DNA from: Isurus oxyrinchus
Lineage: Eukaryota
Direction of reading: 5' to 3'
Assembly: GCA_026770705.1 (NCBI GenBank)
Contig: JANJGN010000042.1
Location: 2,356,001 to 2,420,000, forward strand
DNA: 64,000 nt
Position numbers and translations under genes: made by a program. The notes below the pieces were generated by a model. That model was not told the origin of the DNA, did not search any database, and worked only from the letters and a program-made list of their open reading frames with translations. Shown here piece by piece: positions 1 to 14,330 of the stretch. Position 1 is the stretch's first letter. Each line of letters opens with the position of its first letter.

Positions 1-3000
1 TATGGATTTGTACCAACTGAGATAGGGTTTATCACAGTGATTACTGATACAGTGTCTGGATTAGCATAAACTGAGACAAGGTCTTTTACTTTGATTACTG
101 ATATATGGTACTGATTAACATAACTTGAAAGAGCCTGTTACAATGACTACCAACACAGGGCCTAGATTAATATAATAGACAGTGTCTATTATAGTGTTTA
201 CCAATACAAGGCTTAGATTGATATAAATTCATTCAGAATCTACTTCAGTGATTACTGATACAAGGTATTGATTAATATCAACTGAGACAGGGACTTTTAT
301 TGTGATTACTGAGACAATGTCTGCATTAATATAAACCAAGGCATAGTCTATTACAGTGGTTACTGATACAAGGTGTCGATTAACATCAACTGAGTCAGGG
401 TCAATTTCAGTGATGACTGATACAGGGTCTAGATGAATATAAACTGTGTCAAGGTCTATTGGAGTAATTACTGTTACAAGTAATGGATTAACATAAACTG
501 AGACAGGGCGTATTACAGTCATTCCTGATGAAGGGTATGGATTAATAAATTGATGAACAGAGTTTATTGCAGTGATTAGTGATACAAGTAATGGCTTAAT
601 ATCCACTGAGAAAGGGTGTATTACATTAATTACAAAAAACTATGCCTGTATTACTATAGACTGAGAGAGGGTAGCTAACAGTTGTTATTGATACAATGTA
701 TAGATTAATATCAAGTGAGGCAGGGTCTATTACAGTGGTTATTAAACACAGTTTAGATTAGTGTAAATGGAGACAGAGTCAATCACAATCACAATTATTG
801 ATACAGAATCTAGGTGAATACAGACTAAGGACAGGGGCTATTGCAGTAATTACCAATAGAATGCCTGTCTTAATTAGCGATTACTGATATAAAGTATGGA
901 CTAATATCAACTGAGACAGAGCTTGTTATAGTGACTACAGATACAAGTTTTTTGATTAATAAAACTGAGACATGATCTATTACGGTAATTACCAATGCAA
1001 TGTCTGTGTTAATATAAACTGAGTCAGTGCCTATTACAGAGCTTACTGATGCAAGGTATGGATTCACATCAATTGATAGAGGGTCAGTTACAGTGATTAA
1101 TGATACTGGGTCTGGATTAATATAAATTGAGACAGGGTCCATTACAGTCATTACTGATACAAGTTATGGATTAACATAAACTGAGACAAGGCCTATTACA
1201 ATGATTACTCATATATGGTATGGATTAAAATATACTCAGACGGGGCCTGTCACATTGATTTCTGATACAGCGTCTAGATTAATATAAACTAAGCCACGGT
1301 CTATTAGAGTAATTACCTATACAAGATCTGAATTAATATAAACTGAGACAGGGTATATTACTGTGATTACCAATAGAAGGCCTGTATTGATATAAACTAA
1401 GTCAGGGTTAGCATCAGTGATTACTGATTCAAGGTTTTGATTAATATCAACTGAGACAGGGCCTATTACAATGATTAGTGATACAGGATCAAGCTTAATA
1501 TAAACTGAGAGAAGGCCTAATACTGTGATTACTAATAAAAGGTCTAGATTAATATAAATTGAAACAAAGTCTACTAAAATGATTATTGATACAGGGTCTA
1601 GATTAATATAAACTGAGTCAGCATCTATTAGACTAATTACTAATTCACAGTCGGTATCAATATGAATTGAGACAGGGTCTATTACAGTGATTACTGATAC
1701 AGGGTCTAGATTAATATAAATGGAGACACTGTCAATCAGAATGATTATTGATATTGGATCTACATTAATATGGACTCTGGACAGCATCTATTTCAGTGAG
1801 TAATGATACAAGTTATCGATTAATATAAACTGAGACAGGTTCTATTACAGTATTTACCAATGCAATGTCCGTATTGATATGAACTGAGACAGGATCTATT
1901 ACACTGATTACTGATACAAGGCCTGCATTACCATAAACGGAGATATAGTCTATTGCATTGATTACTGATACAAGTTTTGGATTAATATAATCTGAGACAG
2001 GGTCTATTACAATGTTTACACTGATACAAGATATGGATTCATATCAACTGAGATAGAGCCTATTACAGTGATTCCTGATACAGGGTTTGTATTAATATAA
2101 ACTGAGAAAAGGCCTACTACAGTGATTACTGTTATATGGTATGAATTAAAATAAACCGAGACAGGGTCTTTTACAGTGATTAATGAGACAAGGTCAGTAT
2201 TAATATAAACTGAGACAGGGCCTATTACAGTGATTACTGATACAGGGCCTGGAATAATGTAAACTGAGACACGGTCCATTACAGTGATTACTGATACATG
2301 GTATGGATTAATAAAAAATGAGACAGGGTTTATCACAGTAATTACTGATACACGGCATGGAATAAAATAAACGGGGACAGTATCTGTTACAGTTCTTACT
2401 GATACATGGTCTTGATTCAGGTAAATAGAGACCATGCCTCTTTCAGTGATTAATAATACAAGGTCTGGATTGATATATTTTGAGACAGTGTCTATTTCAG
2501 TCATTATCAAGATTAGGTCTGTGCTAATATAGATTTAGTCAGCATCTACTTCAGTGATTACTGATACAAGGTATTGATTAATATCAACTGAGACAGGGTC
2601 TGTTACAGTGGTTATTGGTAAAATATTTGGATTGATATAAACTGAGATAGGGTCTTTTACTGTCATTAATGATACAAGGCCTGTATTAATATAAAATGAG
2701 ACATGGTCCATTACAGTGATTACTGATACAAGGAGTGGATTAAAATAAAGTGAGACAAGGTCTGTTAGATTTATTATTGATACATGGTATGGATTATAAG
2801 AAACTGAGACAGGGTCTTTTACAGTGATCACCAATACAGGACCTGGATTGATATAAACTGAGATAGGGTCTATTCCAGTCATTACCGAGACAAGGTCAGT
2901 ATTGATATAAACTGAGTCGGGGTCTACTTCAGTGATCAATGATTCAAGGTATTAATTAATAACAACACAGACAGGGTCTGTTCTAGCGATTACTATAACA

Positions 3001-6000
3001 ATGTATGGATTGATATAAACTGAGTCAGGGTCTTTTACACTGATTACTGAGACAAGGTCTGTGTTAATGTAAAGTGAGACAGGGTTTGCTGATACAAGGT
3101 ATGGATTAATTTGAACTGAGGCAGGGCCTATTACAGTGATCATTGATACAGGGTATCAATTTACATAAACTGAGGCAGCGTTTATTACAGTGACTACTGA
3201 TACAAGTTATTGTTTCATATCAACTAAGACAGGGTCTATTGCAGTGATTACTAATGCAGGGTATGGGGATAATATGTACTGAGACAGAGTCAATTACAAT
3301 GATAACTGATACATGGTGTGAATTAAGATTAGCAGAGACATGATCTATTACAGTGATTACCAACACAAGGCCTGTATTAATATAAACTGAGCCACGGTCT
3401 ACTTCAGTGGTCAGTGATACAAAATATTGATTAATATCAGCAGAGACAGGGTCTGTTATAGTGATTACTGTTACAATGTATGGATTGAAATAAACTTAAA
3501 GAGCATCTTACACAGTGACTAATGATAAAATGTCTGTATTAATATAAATGGAGATAGGGTCTCTTTTAGTGGTTACTGATACAAGGCATGGATTAACATC
3601 AACTGAGGCTGAGTCAGTAATTACTGATATAGGACCTAGATTAATATAAACTGAGGGAAGGCCTATATCAATGATTACTGTTAGAATGTATGGATTACTA
3701 TAGATGTACAAAGGGTCTATTTCAGTGATTAATATACATGGCCTGTATTAATATAAACTGAGGCAGGGTCTCTTTCAGTGTTTACTGATACAAGGTATGG
3801 ATTAATATCAATTGAGGCAGGGTCCATTACAGTGGTTACTGATACAAGGCATGGGTTAATATAATATGAGACAGAGTCTATTACATTGAAAAAATTCAGC
3901 AGGTCTGGCAGCATTGGCGGAGAAGAAAAGAGTTGACACTTCGAGTCCTCATGACCCTTCAACAGAACTGAGTGAATCCTAGGATCATCTTTCCATGAGG
4001 ACTTGAAACATCAATGTTTTTCTTCTCCGCCGATGCTGCCAGACCTGCTGAGTTTTTCCAGGTAATTCTGTTTTTGTTTTGGATTTCCAGCATCCGCAGT
4101 TTTTTGTTTTTATCTATTACAGTGCTTACTGATACAAGGTCTGGGCTGGTCTAAATTGAGACAGGGTGTATTACTGCGACTAGTGATACAGGGTCTGAAT
4201 TAATATAATCTGATACTGGGTGTAGTACAGTAATTTCTGATGCCGGGCCTAGGTTAATATACACTGCGACAGGGTCCATTACATTGAACACTGATACAAG
4301 GTCTGTGTTAAATTAAGGTGAGGCAGAATCTCTTTCAGTGATTGCTGATAAAATGTATGGATTAATATCAAGTGAGGCAAGGTCTCTTTTAGTGGTTGCT
4401 GATGCAACATATGGATTAATATCAACTGATGCAGGGTCTATTACAGTGATTACTGATACAGGGTCTAGATTAATATAAACTGAGACAGGTTCTGTTACAG
4501 TGTTAATGATGCAAGGTCTGGACTGGTGTAAACTGAGACAGCATGTTTTATAGTGAATACTGCCACAGGGTTTGTATTGATATAATCTGAAACTCAGTAC
4601 AGTACAATGATCACTGATACAGGTTCTGGATTAATATAAACTGAGACTGGGTCTAGTACAATAATTACTGTTACAGGTTCTGGATTAATATAAACTGAAA
4701 CATGGTATGGATTAAGATAAACTGGAAAGGGTCAATTAATGTGGTTACCGACATAAGGCCTGCACTAATGTAAACTGAGAATGGGTCAATTACATTAATT
4801 AATGATACAGGGCCTAGATTAATATAAACTGAGACACGCTCGGTTACAATGATTACTGATAAATGGTCTCAATTAATTTAAGCTTATACAGAGTCTATTA
4901 CAATGATTACTGATACAGGTTGCAGGTTAATATTAGCTAAGACAAGGCCTATTATAGTGATTACCAGTACAATATCTGCATTAATATAAACAGCGACACT
5001 GTCTATTCAAGTGAATACTGATACAAGGCATGGATTAATATAAACGGAGACAGTGCGTATTACTGTGAATACTGATACAGGTTATGGGTTAATATAAACT
5101 GAGACAGGCTTTATTACAGCATTCACCAATACAATATCTGTGAATATATAAACTGTGAAAGGGTATTTTACAGTGATTATTGATTCAAGGCATGGATTAA
5201 TATAAACTGAGACTGGGTCTATTATAGTGATTGCTGATACATGGTATTGATTAACATAAACTGAGACAGGGTCTATTACAGTGATAATAAATACATGGTC
5301 TGGGCTGATATTAACTGAGACAGGGTCTATTCCAGTGATAAACAAGACAAGGTCTATATTGATATAAAGTGTGTCAGGGTTTTTACAGGGATTACTGATA
5401 CAAGTTATTGATTACTATCAACTGAGGCAGGGTCTCTTATGGTGATTACTAATACAAGGTTTGTATTACTAAAAACTGAGACAGGGTGTCTTTCAGTGCT
5501 TACTGATACAAGACATGGATTAATACAAACTGAGACAGGGTCTATTACAGTGAATATTGAAACAGGCTATGGGTTATTATAAACTGAGACAGTGTGTATT
5601 ACAGTGAATACTGAAACAGGTTATGGGTTATTATAAACTGAGACAGTGTGTATTACAGTGAATACTGAAACAGGTTATGGGTTATTATAAACGGAGACAG
5701 TGTGTATTACAGTGAATACTGAAACAGGTTATAGGTTAATATAAACTGAGACAGTGTGTATTACAGTGAATACTGAAACAGGTTCTGGGTTATTATAGAC
5801 GGAGACAGTGTGTATTACAGTGAATACTGAAACAGGTTATGGGTTATTATAAACTGAGAAAGTGTGTATTACAGTGAATACCGAAACAGGTTATGGGTTA
5901 TTATAAACTGAGACAGTGTGTATTACAGTGAATACTGAAACAGGTTATGTGTTATTATAAACTGAGACAGTGTGTATTACAGTGAATACTGAAACAGGTT

Positions 6001-8750
6001 ATGGGTTAATATAAACTGAGACAGTCTGTATTACAGTGAATACTGAAACAGGTTATGGGTTATTATAAACTGAGACAGTGTGTATTACAGTGAATACTGA
6101 AACAGGTTCTGGGTTATTATAAACTGAGACAGTGTGTATTACAGTGAATACTGAAACAGGTTATGGGTTAATATAAACTGAGACAGTCTGTATTACAGTG
6201 AATACTGAAACAGGTTATGGGTTATTATAAACTGAGACAGTATGTATTACAGTGAATACTGAAACAGGTTCTGGGTTATTATAAACTGAGACAGTGTGTA
6301 TTACAGTGAATAATGAAACAGGTTATGGGTTATTATAAACTGAGACAGTGTGTATTACAGTGAATACTGAAACAGGTTATGGCTTATTGTAAACTGAGAC
6401 AGTGTGTATTATAGTGAATACTGAAACAGGTTATGAGTTATTATAAACTGAGACAGTGTGTATTACAGTGAATACTGAAACAGGTTATAGGTTAATATAA
6501 ACTGAGACAGTGTGTATTACAGTGAATACTGAAACAGGTTCTGGGTTATTATAAACTGAGACAGTGTGTATTACAGTGAATACTGAAACAGGTTATGGGT
6601 TATTATAAACTGAGAAAGTGTGTATTACAGTGAATACTGAAACAGGTTATAGGTTATTATAAACTGAGACAGTGTGTATTACAGTGAATACTGAAACAGG
6701 TTATGGGTTATTATAAACTGAGACAGTGTGTATTACAGTGAATACTGAAACAGGTTATGGGTTATTATAAACTGAGACAGTGTGTATTACAGTGAATACT
6801 GAAACAGGTTATAGGTTATTATAAACTGAGACAGTGTGTATTACAGTGAATACTGAAACAGGTTATGGGTTATTATAAACTGAGACAGTGTGTATTACAG
6901 TGAATACTGAAACAGGTTCTGGGTTATTATAAACTGAGACAGTGTGTATTAGAGTGAATACTGAAACAGGTTATGGGTTAATATAAACTGAGACAGTCTG
7001 TATTACTGTGAATACTGAAACAGGTTATGGGTTATTATAAACTGAGACAGTGTGTATTACAGTGAATATTGAAATAGGTTATGGGTTAATATAAACTGAG
7101 GCAGTGTGTATTACAGTGAATATTGAAATAGGTTATGGGTTAATATAAACTGAGGCAGTGTGTATTACAGTGAATACTGAAACAGGTTATGGGTTATTAT
7201 AAACTGAGACAGTGTGTATTACAGTGAATACTGAAACAGGTTATGGGATATTATAAACTGGGACAGTGTATATTACATTGAATACTGAAACAGGTTATGG
7301 GTTATTATAAACTGAGAAAGTGTGTATTACAGTGAATACTGAAACAGGTTATAGGTTATTATAAACTGAGACAGTGTGTATTACAGTGAATACTGAAACA
7401 GGTTATGGGTTATTATAAACTGAGACAGTGTGTATTACAGTGAATACTGAAACAGGTTATGGGTTATTATAAACTGAGACAGTGTGTATTACAGTGAATA
7501 CTGAAACAGGTTATAGGTTATTATAAACTGAGACAGTGTGTATTACAGTGAATACTGAAACAGGTTATGGGTTATTATAAACTGAGACAGTGTGTATTAC
7601 AGTGAATACTGAAACAGGTTCTGGGTTATTATAAACTGAGACAGTGTGTATTAGAGTGAATACTGAAACAGGTTATGGGTTAATATAAACTGAGACAGTC
7701 TGTATTACTGTGAATACTGAAACAGGTTATGGGTTATTATAAACTGAGACAGTGTGTATTACAGTGAATATTGAAATAGGTTATGGGTTAATATAAACTG
7801 AGGCAGTGTGTATTACAGTGAATATTGAAATAGGTTATGGGTTAATATAAACTGAGGCAGTGTGTATTACAGTGAATACTGAAACAGGTTATGGGTTATT
7901 ATAAACTGAGACAGTGTGTATTACAGTGAATACTGAAACAAGTTATGGGTTATTATAAACTGAGACAGTGTGTATTACAGTGAATACTGAAACAGGTTAT
8001 GGGATATTATAAACTGGGACAGTGTATATTACATTGAATACTGAAACAGGTTATGAGTTATTATAAACTGAGACAGTGTGTATTACAGTGAATACTGAAA
8101 CAGGTTATGGGATATTATAAACTGGGACAGTGTATATTACATTGAATACTGAAACAGGTTATGTGTTATTATAAACTGAGACAGTGTGTATTACAGTGAA
8201 TACTGAAACACGTTATGGGTTATTATAAACTGTGACAGCCTCTATTACAGAAATTACCAATACAATATCTGTATTTATATAAACTGAGAAAGGTTATTTT
8301 GCAGTGATTATTGATATAAGGCATGGATTAATATAAACTGAGACAGGGTCTATTACCGAGATTACTGATACGTGCTATTGATTAACATAAACTGAGACAG
8401 GGTCTATTACAGTGATTACCAATACAAGGTCTATATTGATATAAAGTGTGTCAGGGTTTTTACAGGGATTACTGATACAAGGTGTTGATCACTATCAACT
8501 GAGAGAGGTTCTCTTGCAGTGATTACTAATACAATGTTTGCATTAATATAAACTAAGACAGGATCTCTTGCAATGGTTACTGATACAAGGTATGGATAAT
8601 ATCCACTTAGGCAGGGTTTATTAAAGTGATTACTGATACAAAGTCTGTATTCATATAAACAGCGGCAGGGTCTAGTGTAGTGATTACTGGTAAACGGCCT
8701 AGATTAATATCAACTGCTACAGAACAGGATTACTGATACTGAGCCCAATT
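1..8750. repeat. 54-bp tandem satellite (two related 27-bp subunits); diverged at 1-5570 and 8230-8750, homogenised at about 5570-8230
   Basis: Homogenised unit ACTGAGACAGTGTGTATTACAGTGAAT + ACTGAAACAGGTTATGGGTTATTATAA; AAACTGAGAC recurs at 5581 and 5635 (54-bp period). The array begins before the window. Confidence 0.97.
3889..4112. mobile_element. Short fold-back (inverted) fragment of the Penelope-like element terminus, inserted in the satellite
   Basis: Arms CAGCAGGTCTGGCAGCAT..GAGTCCTCATG and CATGAGGAC..ATGCTGCCAGACCTGCTG match the ends of the 49.9-54.8 kb element. Probable 12-bp TSD TCTATTACA(T/G)TG at 3877-3888 and 4113-4124. Confidence 0.9.
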
Positions 8751-9459
8751 TAATAAAACTGAAGCGAGGCATAAAGAGATAATCTCTGACACAGCACGGA
8801 GTGTAAGTCAACCAGGGATAAATCTGGTGTGGAATCAATTGATGCAGGGCTTTGCGGCATATTGAGAGGGACAGAGAGTAAAGCAGTTATAATTAATGCA
8901 TAACCTAGTGTAATATACAGAGAGATCGGGTTTAGTGTTACATCATTAGAAACATCTTACTGTGCGATATAATAAGTGTATTAATTTCGAATTAACATAA
9001 GCCCCAGCATCACTGATCCATTTGCCAGTGGAACAACTTCTCCCTAAATATTCAAAAACATCCCTCAAACATTGGACCATTTCTGATAAACCTATCTTAA
9101 GATTCTCGTTGATGAGGAGAGCAATCCCAGTTTTTTGTTGTGCAGAGAGTGAGGGGCAGTGCAAACTTAAGTTCCAGGAAATCTTCTGTCTTGTTACTTC
9201 GAAATGAGCATTTAACAATCGTTGACACTGTTATATGGGGCCAATGGAAATAAAGTGCACTGTTACAACAGAGTCAGTCTAAGACACCGGGCTACAAGGC
9301 AACGGATCCCTTACAACTCAATTGATGTGTGTAAGTTTGGAGCCTGCTCCTGAACTTTATACACATAGAACCAAATGCTATAATTTCAAAATAGCAATTG
9401 CAACATGTCCAGTGCCTTGCATTAGTGGCTCACATACATGGACAGTAACCACTACTGAA

Positions 9460-9560
9460 CTGAAAACAGAAAGTGCTGGAAAGACTCAGCAGGTCTGGCA
9501 GGATCTGAGAAGAGAGAAACAGAGTTAACGTTTCGATCCCATGTGAGTTTATTCAGAGCC
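9460..9560 (-). mobile_element. Decayed Penelope-type terminal fragment
   Basis: AAAACAGAAAGTGCTGGAAAGACTCAGCAGGTCTGGCAG...GTTAACGTTTCG resembles the Penelope terminus elsewhere in the window. Confidence 0.7.
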
Positions 9561-9649
9561 ACAACTGCAGGTTTGAAGCATGGTCAGGTGGGTGATCATT
9601 CAGATGTGGCGATGGTAATGTCATCTCAGTCTTAGGGAATAGCAGCATC

Positions 9650-10110
9650 GAGGTACATTAACTGGGCTGGTAATACAGAGAAGATCAGAAATGCTCCAGA
9701 GACATGATTTAAACGCCACGACGGCAGCTGGCGGGATTTCCATTCAGTTAATTCATTAAAACCGAAACTGGAATAAAATTACTCATTGCATTAATAATCG
9801 AACAACCTCATTGTCATGAAGTTGCAACTGGTTCACTAACGTCATTCGGGGAGGAAATCTTACCCTTACCAGCCTGGCCTACGTGAGACTGGAGCCCCAC
9901 AACAACGTGGTTGACTCTTAACGGCCCTTGGAATGGTCCAGAAGGCCATTTAGTTGGGTCAAAGCACTTCTTGGAAAGTCAAATAAGAGGCGCACGGCAC
10001 AAACTGCAGCTGTTGAAGATGTCGGCTCCCCGCCACCTTCTCAAGGGTACTAATTGCAGGACAGTTAAGGCTGGCCTTGTTTTCGACGTTCACAACCAAA
10101 GACCAAATAA
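9650..10110 (+). mobile_element. Decayed SINE (probably Deu-domain/SacSINE1-like) with LINE-derived tail
   Basis: CTGGTTCACTAA..GGAGGAAATC..CTGGCCTAC..GTGGTTGACTCTTAAC body followed by the CCACCTTCTCAAGGG tail shared with other copies in the window. Family name from recall. Confidence 0.55.
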
Positions 10111-11269
10111 AAACAACGGTCAAAGCTTTGTAAACTATTACGGATGCTCTCAATGTAAAATAGGGCCACAAAATCTGGAAACACTCAGCATCATTCTCCG
10201 CTGACACTATTTTACAGCGCAGGGGTATCCTGGACCAATACCTAATGCGCAACTAACATCACTAATAAACAGGTGATCTGGGCTTTTATTACATCTCTGT
10301 CGGTGGGAGCTTCCTGTGCACAAATTGCCTCCTGTAGTTCTACCGTGACACAAGGGATTATAATTCGAAATAAGGTACATCAATGAGGTTAATGCGATAT
10401 GAGATTTGGGACCTCCTGAGATGGTGAAATGTGCTGTATAAATACAGAGTTTTTACTAAAAGTGAACATGTCAAAACATACGTGGTGCTGTGTTAGAAAG
10501 TCTGAGAAGAATGTGATTAACGGTCATTTCTCTGTTCATTATTTAAACATGCGGAATAACAGGCTGCTCAGAAATGCTTAATTGATTTAAGCAGCAGAAT
10601 TTCCAGAAACATTTTTTTTTTAATTTAATGGCTTCTTTTTTTAAAATAAATAACATCTGTACCAATTGGTTTTCTGAAAATTGTGTTCAATTTTTATACC
10701 ATCTGTGAATATTCTTAAAATAAACTTGTTTTGCGCTGAACATAATCAATAAGTGACTGTTGATCTGATTCTGCTGCCATGAACACCACTTTGAAACTAG
10801 TGAGGCGGTTATGTAAATAAACACAGAAATAGACGCCTCAGAATAGAATATTGAGCGTCGGAAATACAATAGATGTTTCCCCACCAGCAGAGCGTAGAAT
10901 TAACAACAGAGAGAAATGCAAATCACACAAAGGATTCCAGTAATGATTGATAGTTGGAAGATTTCTATAAGTTATGGGATAACAATATAAAGATGTTTTT
11001 TGTGTTCAAAACTGGCGAAGCGTCCTTTGATCCGGTATACAGCAGCATTGAAAATGTATTTGAGGAGTTTCCTGCATTCTATCCCGCTCTGTCTCCCTTT
11101 CTCCCCTATGCCGGGCGTGTCTGGCCTCTCATTAATGTGTCAGCGTCTGTAACTCATAACGTGAAGTCAGTATCTTATCAAAGATTAATCTCACCCCTAT
11201 TCATTGACTTTTAACGAAATAGATGGCTGTTCGCAGAAGGAACTTAACTCTAAAATGTGTCCGGTTCAC

Positions 11270-11600
11270 TCAACAACATGGGAGTATTTAATGGGACAGT
11301 CTAAAGGGAGCACTCCTCTGCAAATTAACATTCCTATGTCTTCCTGTGAATGGTATATGGGAAATTGTAGAGGGATCTTTTTTCTGCATCTGATACTGCT
11401 GCACCATTCTTGGGAGCATTCGATCGAATCATGTAGAGGGACCTTTGTCTATCCAGCACTATACATGTCCTGAGAATGTTCGGTGGGATAGTTTAGAGAG
11501 ACCTTTACTCTGCCTCACCCCGGAATTTACCAATGTAGAGGTAGCTTTACTCTGCGTCTGAACTGTCCCGTGTCTATCCTTAGGAGTGTCTAATAGTGTT
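11270..11600. repeat. Degenerate minisatellite, about 60-66-bp unit (GGGACAGTGTAGAGGGAGCTTTACTCTG-like)
   Basis: GTAGAGGGA..CTTT..TCT motif recurs near 11300, 11367, 11433, 11490 and 11535. Confidence 0.7.
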
Positions 11601-13649
11601 TCGGAGTCAGTGCATGAAATGGTGTTCGAGACCGAATCCCTCATCACATGTCAAAATACATTTGGATGTTCACTTGAAGTACTGTAGCCCCAAGGGCCCT
11701 GGCACAAAAGCTAAGAAGTGGGATTAGACTTGATAGATCATTTCAGGCCATTATGGTTAGGGTGTGCGCAATGGCCTGTTTCTGTGCTGCAGAAATCTAT
11801 GATTTTCAGATCCTATGAAGTGCGTTGAGGTCTCAGAAAGTGTACAGAGGAAGGTAACGAGTTTGTTAACAAGGATCAGGGTCTTTAGTAACAACAATCA
11901 ATAGGACAAATTGGCAGCATTCTGCTTGTGATAAAGAAGATTAAGCAGAAACCTAAACGCTTTTTCCAAGATGATGAGAGGTTTGAAAGAGAATTAGGAG
12001 AGAACACCAGTTCTTTCTGTTCATTGTGTCAATATCCAGTGATCATAGCTTCAGAACAAATGTATATATTGGAAGATTTGTAAAAGGGCGTTGAAGAGAA
12101 ATATTTCGCCAGCAACTGGTTCTCTTTATATTACACCAGATCCTGCCTCAATTATTACTCTTTGAGTTCAAGTCACAGTTTTATTTTGCTGAAACCTGTG
12201 AAATTTATGGATGCATAATCTGGTATTTGTATTTTTATTACACTAGGCTCTGACACAATTAACTCTGTGCTAATGAAGCCTCTGTTTCAGGCCGGCCCCC
12301 AAATCAGTTATTACTAAATTAGAGCATTTCGCTATTTATATTATATAATGCTCTGTTTCAGTTATTAGTGAACCATACACCGTGTCTCTATATGTCGCAC
12401 TCGACCACGTCTCAGTTATTACTATACTAGAACATGTATGTGTTAATATTACCCTGGATCCTGTCTCTGTTGTTACTGCACTGGAACTTGTCTCCATTTA
12501 TAATGTTTTACATAATTGTTTCTGTTAAAATTGCACTGGAAAATATATCTCTTTATATTTCACAGTGGGCCCTTTCTCAGTTATTACTGCCCTATACCAT
12601 GTTTCTGTTAAGCTAACACTTTACCCACGCCAATAAACATTGAATTATATCAGGCAAACGTATTGGAAACTGGTGAGGAGATAGTGAAGTTAACGCGCAG
12701 CACAAAACAATGGAAACAGAAACAATTTTTTTTTATTGAATTTCATTGAGAGTGGAAAGTGTTACATTCCATTCCAAGTGAGAGAATTACAGATTTATTA
12801 TGCTCACGTTAGGTATAGGTACAGTTGCATTTTCACCGCCTCTTGCACGGATCATCACACACTCCAGTGACGCACAAGTGATCACTTGTCAACAAACAGA
12901 GAAAATGGTGGGTAGATGTCCTTTATTCTCCATGTGATTTAATCCACTTTCGAACTGAATTCTGAGCGCAGCTAAACTCACTTTGGAATCTAAATAGGCA
13001 TTTTCCACACAAGAACTTGAAAAAGACGTCCGCATCAAGAAATGTTAACGATAATAGATGATCTGAAATTGCTGGATGGATGGTTCGAAATATAGATAGA
13101 TAGACTGACAGCCAAACAGACAGGTACGCAGCTAGATGGGTTGACAGATAGAGAGATTGAGATACACAACATCTAGCGTAATATATACAGTTTAATGCTA
13201 AATAACCTTTTCGGTGGCTCATATGATACAAACAGGGAGATGGTCTTGTATAATGTGAAGAGATGTATGCATCAGTGCAATTACTTACTCCAACAGGGCC
13301 TACTGTAAAACATGAATTGAGACTAGGTCTTTTGCACTGCGATCTGAGGCAGAGTCCTGTGTAATTTAAAGGAAGGCATAACCCTGTCATTACGTATCAG
13401 TACCTTTCATGGTCTTAAATACCTCGATCAAAGCCCCTCTTAACACCCTCTATTCTAAGGAAAACGATTCAAGATCTCCAAGGTCTAGTAACATTCGGAT
13501 CAATCTCCTCTTCATCCTCTCTGCGACCTTCAAATGCTTTATAAAACAGAGTTCCTGGAATAATTATGTACAATACCCATGGAAACACAATAGGGAGTAC
13601 TTTAACAAATGTTGTTTTTAATCATTCACTAGGCTGAAGTATTTATTTC

Positions 13650-14330
13650 TCTCTATTCATCCAGGAGATGTGAGCGTCTCTGACACGGCCAGCATTTCCC
13701 CCCATGCTCCGCTGTCCTGGAACTGAATATCTGGCTAGACATTTTCAGAGTCGGAGGATAGTTAAGAGTGAACCACGTGCTGTGGGCCTGGAGTCACATT
13801 TAGGCCAGACTGGGGAAGGATGCATATTTACTTCACCGAATGTTCATTAGTGAACCAGATGCGTTTATAGCAATGAAAATTGTAACGATCCAGTTCCATT
13901 TCCATTTTTTTTATTCATTCATGGGATTTGTGCGTTTCCAGCTGAACCAACATTCAATAGCCAAACACAATTGCCCTTGAGAAGGTGTTAGTGAGCAAAC
14001 CACTTGTACTGCTGCAGTCCACGTGCTGTAGGGACACCCACAGTGCTTCTAGGAAGGGAGTTGTATGATTTGGACCCAAGGATAGTGAAGAAACAGGGAC
14101 TTTCCATTGTTGTCCCTGTGCTTCTGCTGCCCTTGTTGCCCGGAGAATTGGGGAATATTCCACCACACTCCTGACATGTGCCTTGTAGTTTGTGGACAGG
14201 TATTTGCAGAATTCCCAGCTTCCGAACGGCTCTTGTCTCAATCGCATTTAAATTTCGCCAGCTGCTGTGGTGGGATTTGAATTCATGTCCCCAGAAGATG
14301 AGTCTGGACCTCTGGGCTAGTGATGAGCAC
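13650..14330 (-). mobile_element. Two decayed SINE/LINE-tail copies
   Basis: Reverse-complement matches to the 9650-10110 element (GTTAAGAGTGAACCAC, ATTAGTGAACCAG, CCCTTGAGAAGGTG) and a tRNA-like head (GGGATTTGAATTC). Confidence 0.55.

Noticed and set aside
229-5345. Minus-strand ORFs with 18-aa repeats (DPVSVYINP..)
   Set aside because: By-product of a 54-bp (multiple of 3) satellite; frequently interrupted by stops, with no gene structure.
5570-8230. CRISPR-like regular array
   Set aside because: Head-to-tail units with no unique spacers, no cas genes, and vertebrate context.
10916-10923. Perfect octamer ATGCAAAT
   Set aside because: 15 kb from the VH, with no adjacent leader or V exon; expected by chance in 64 kb.
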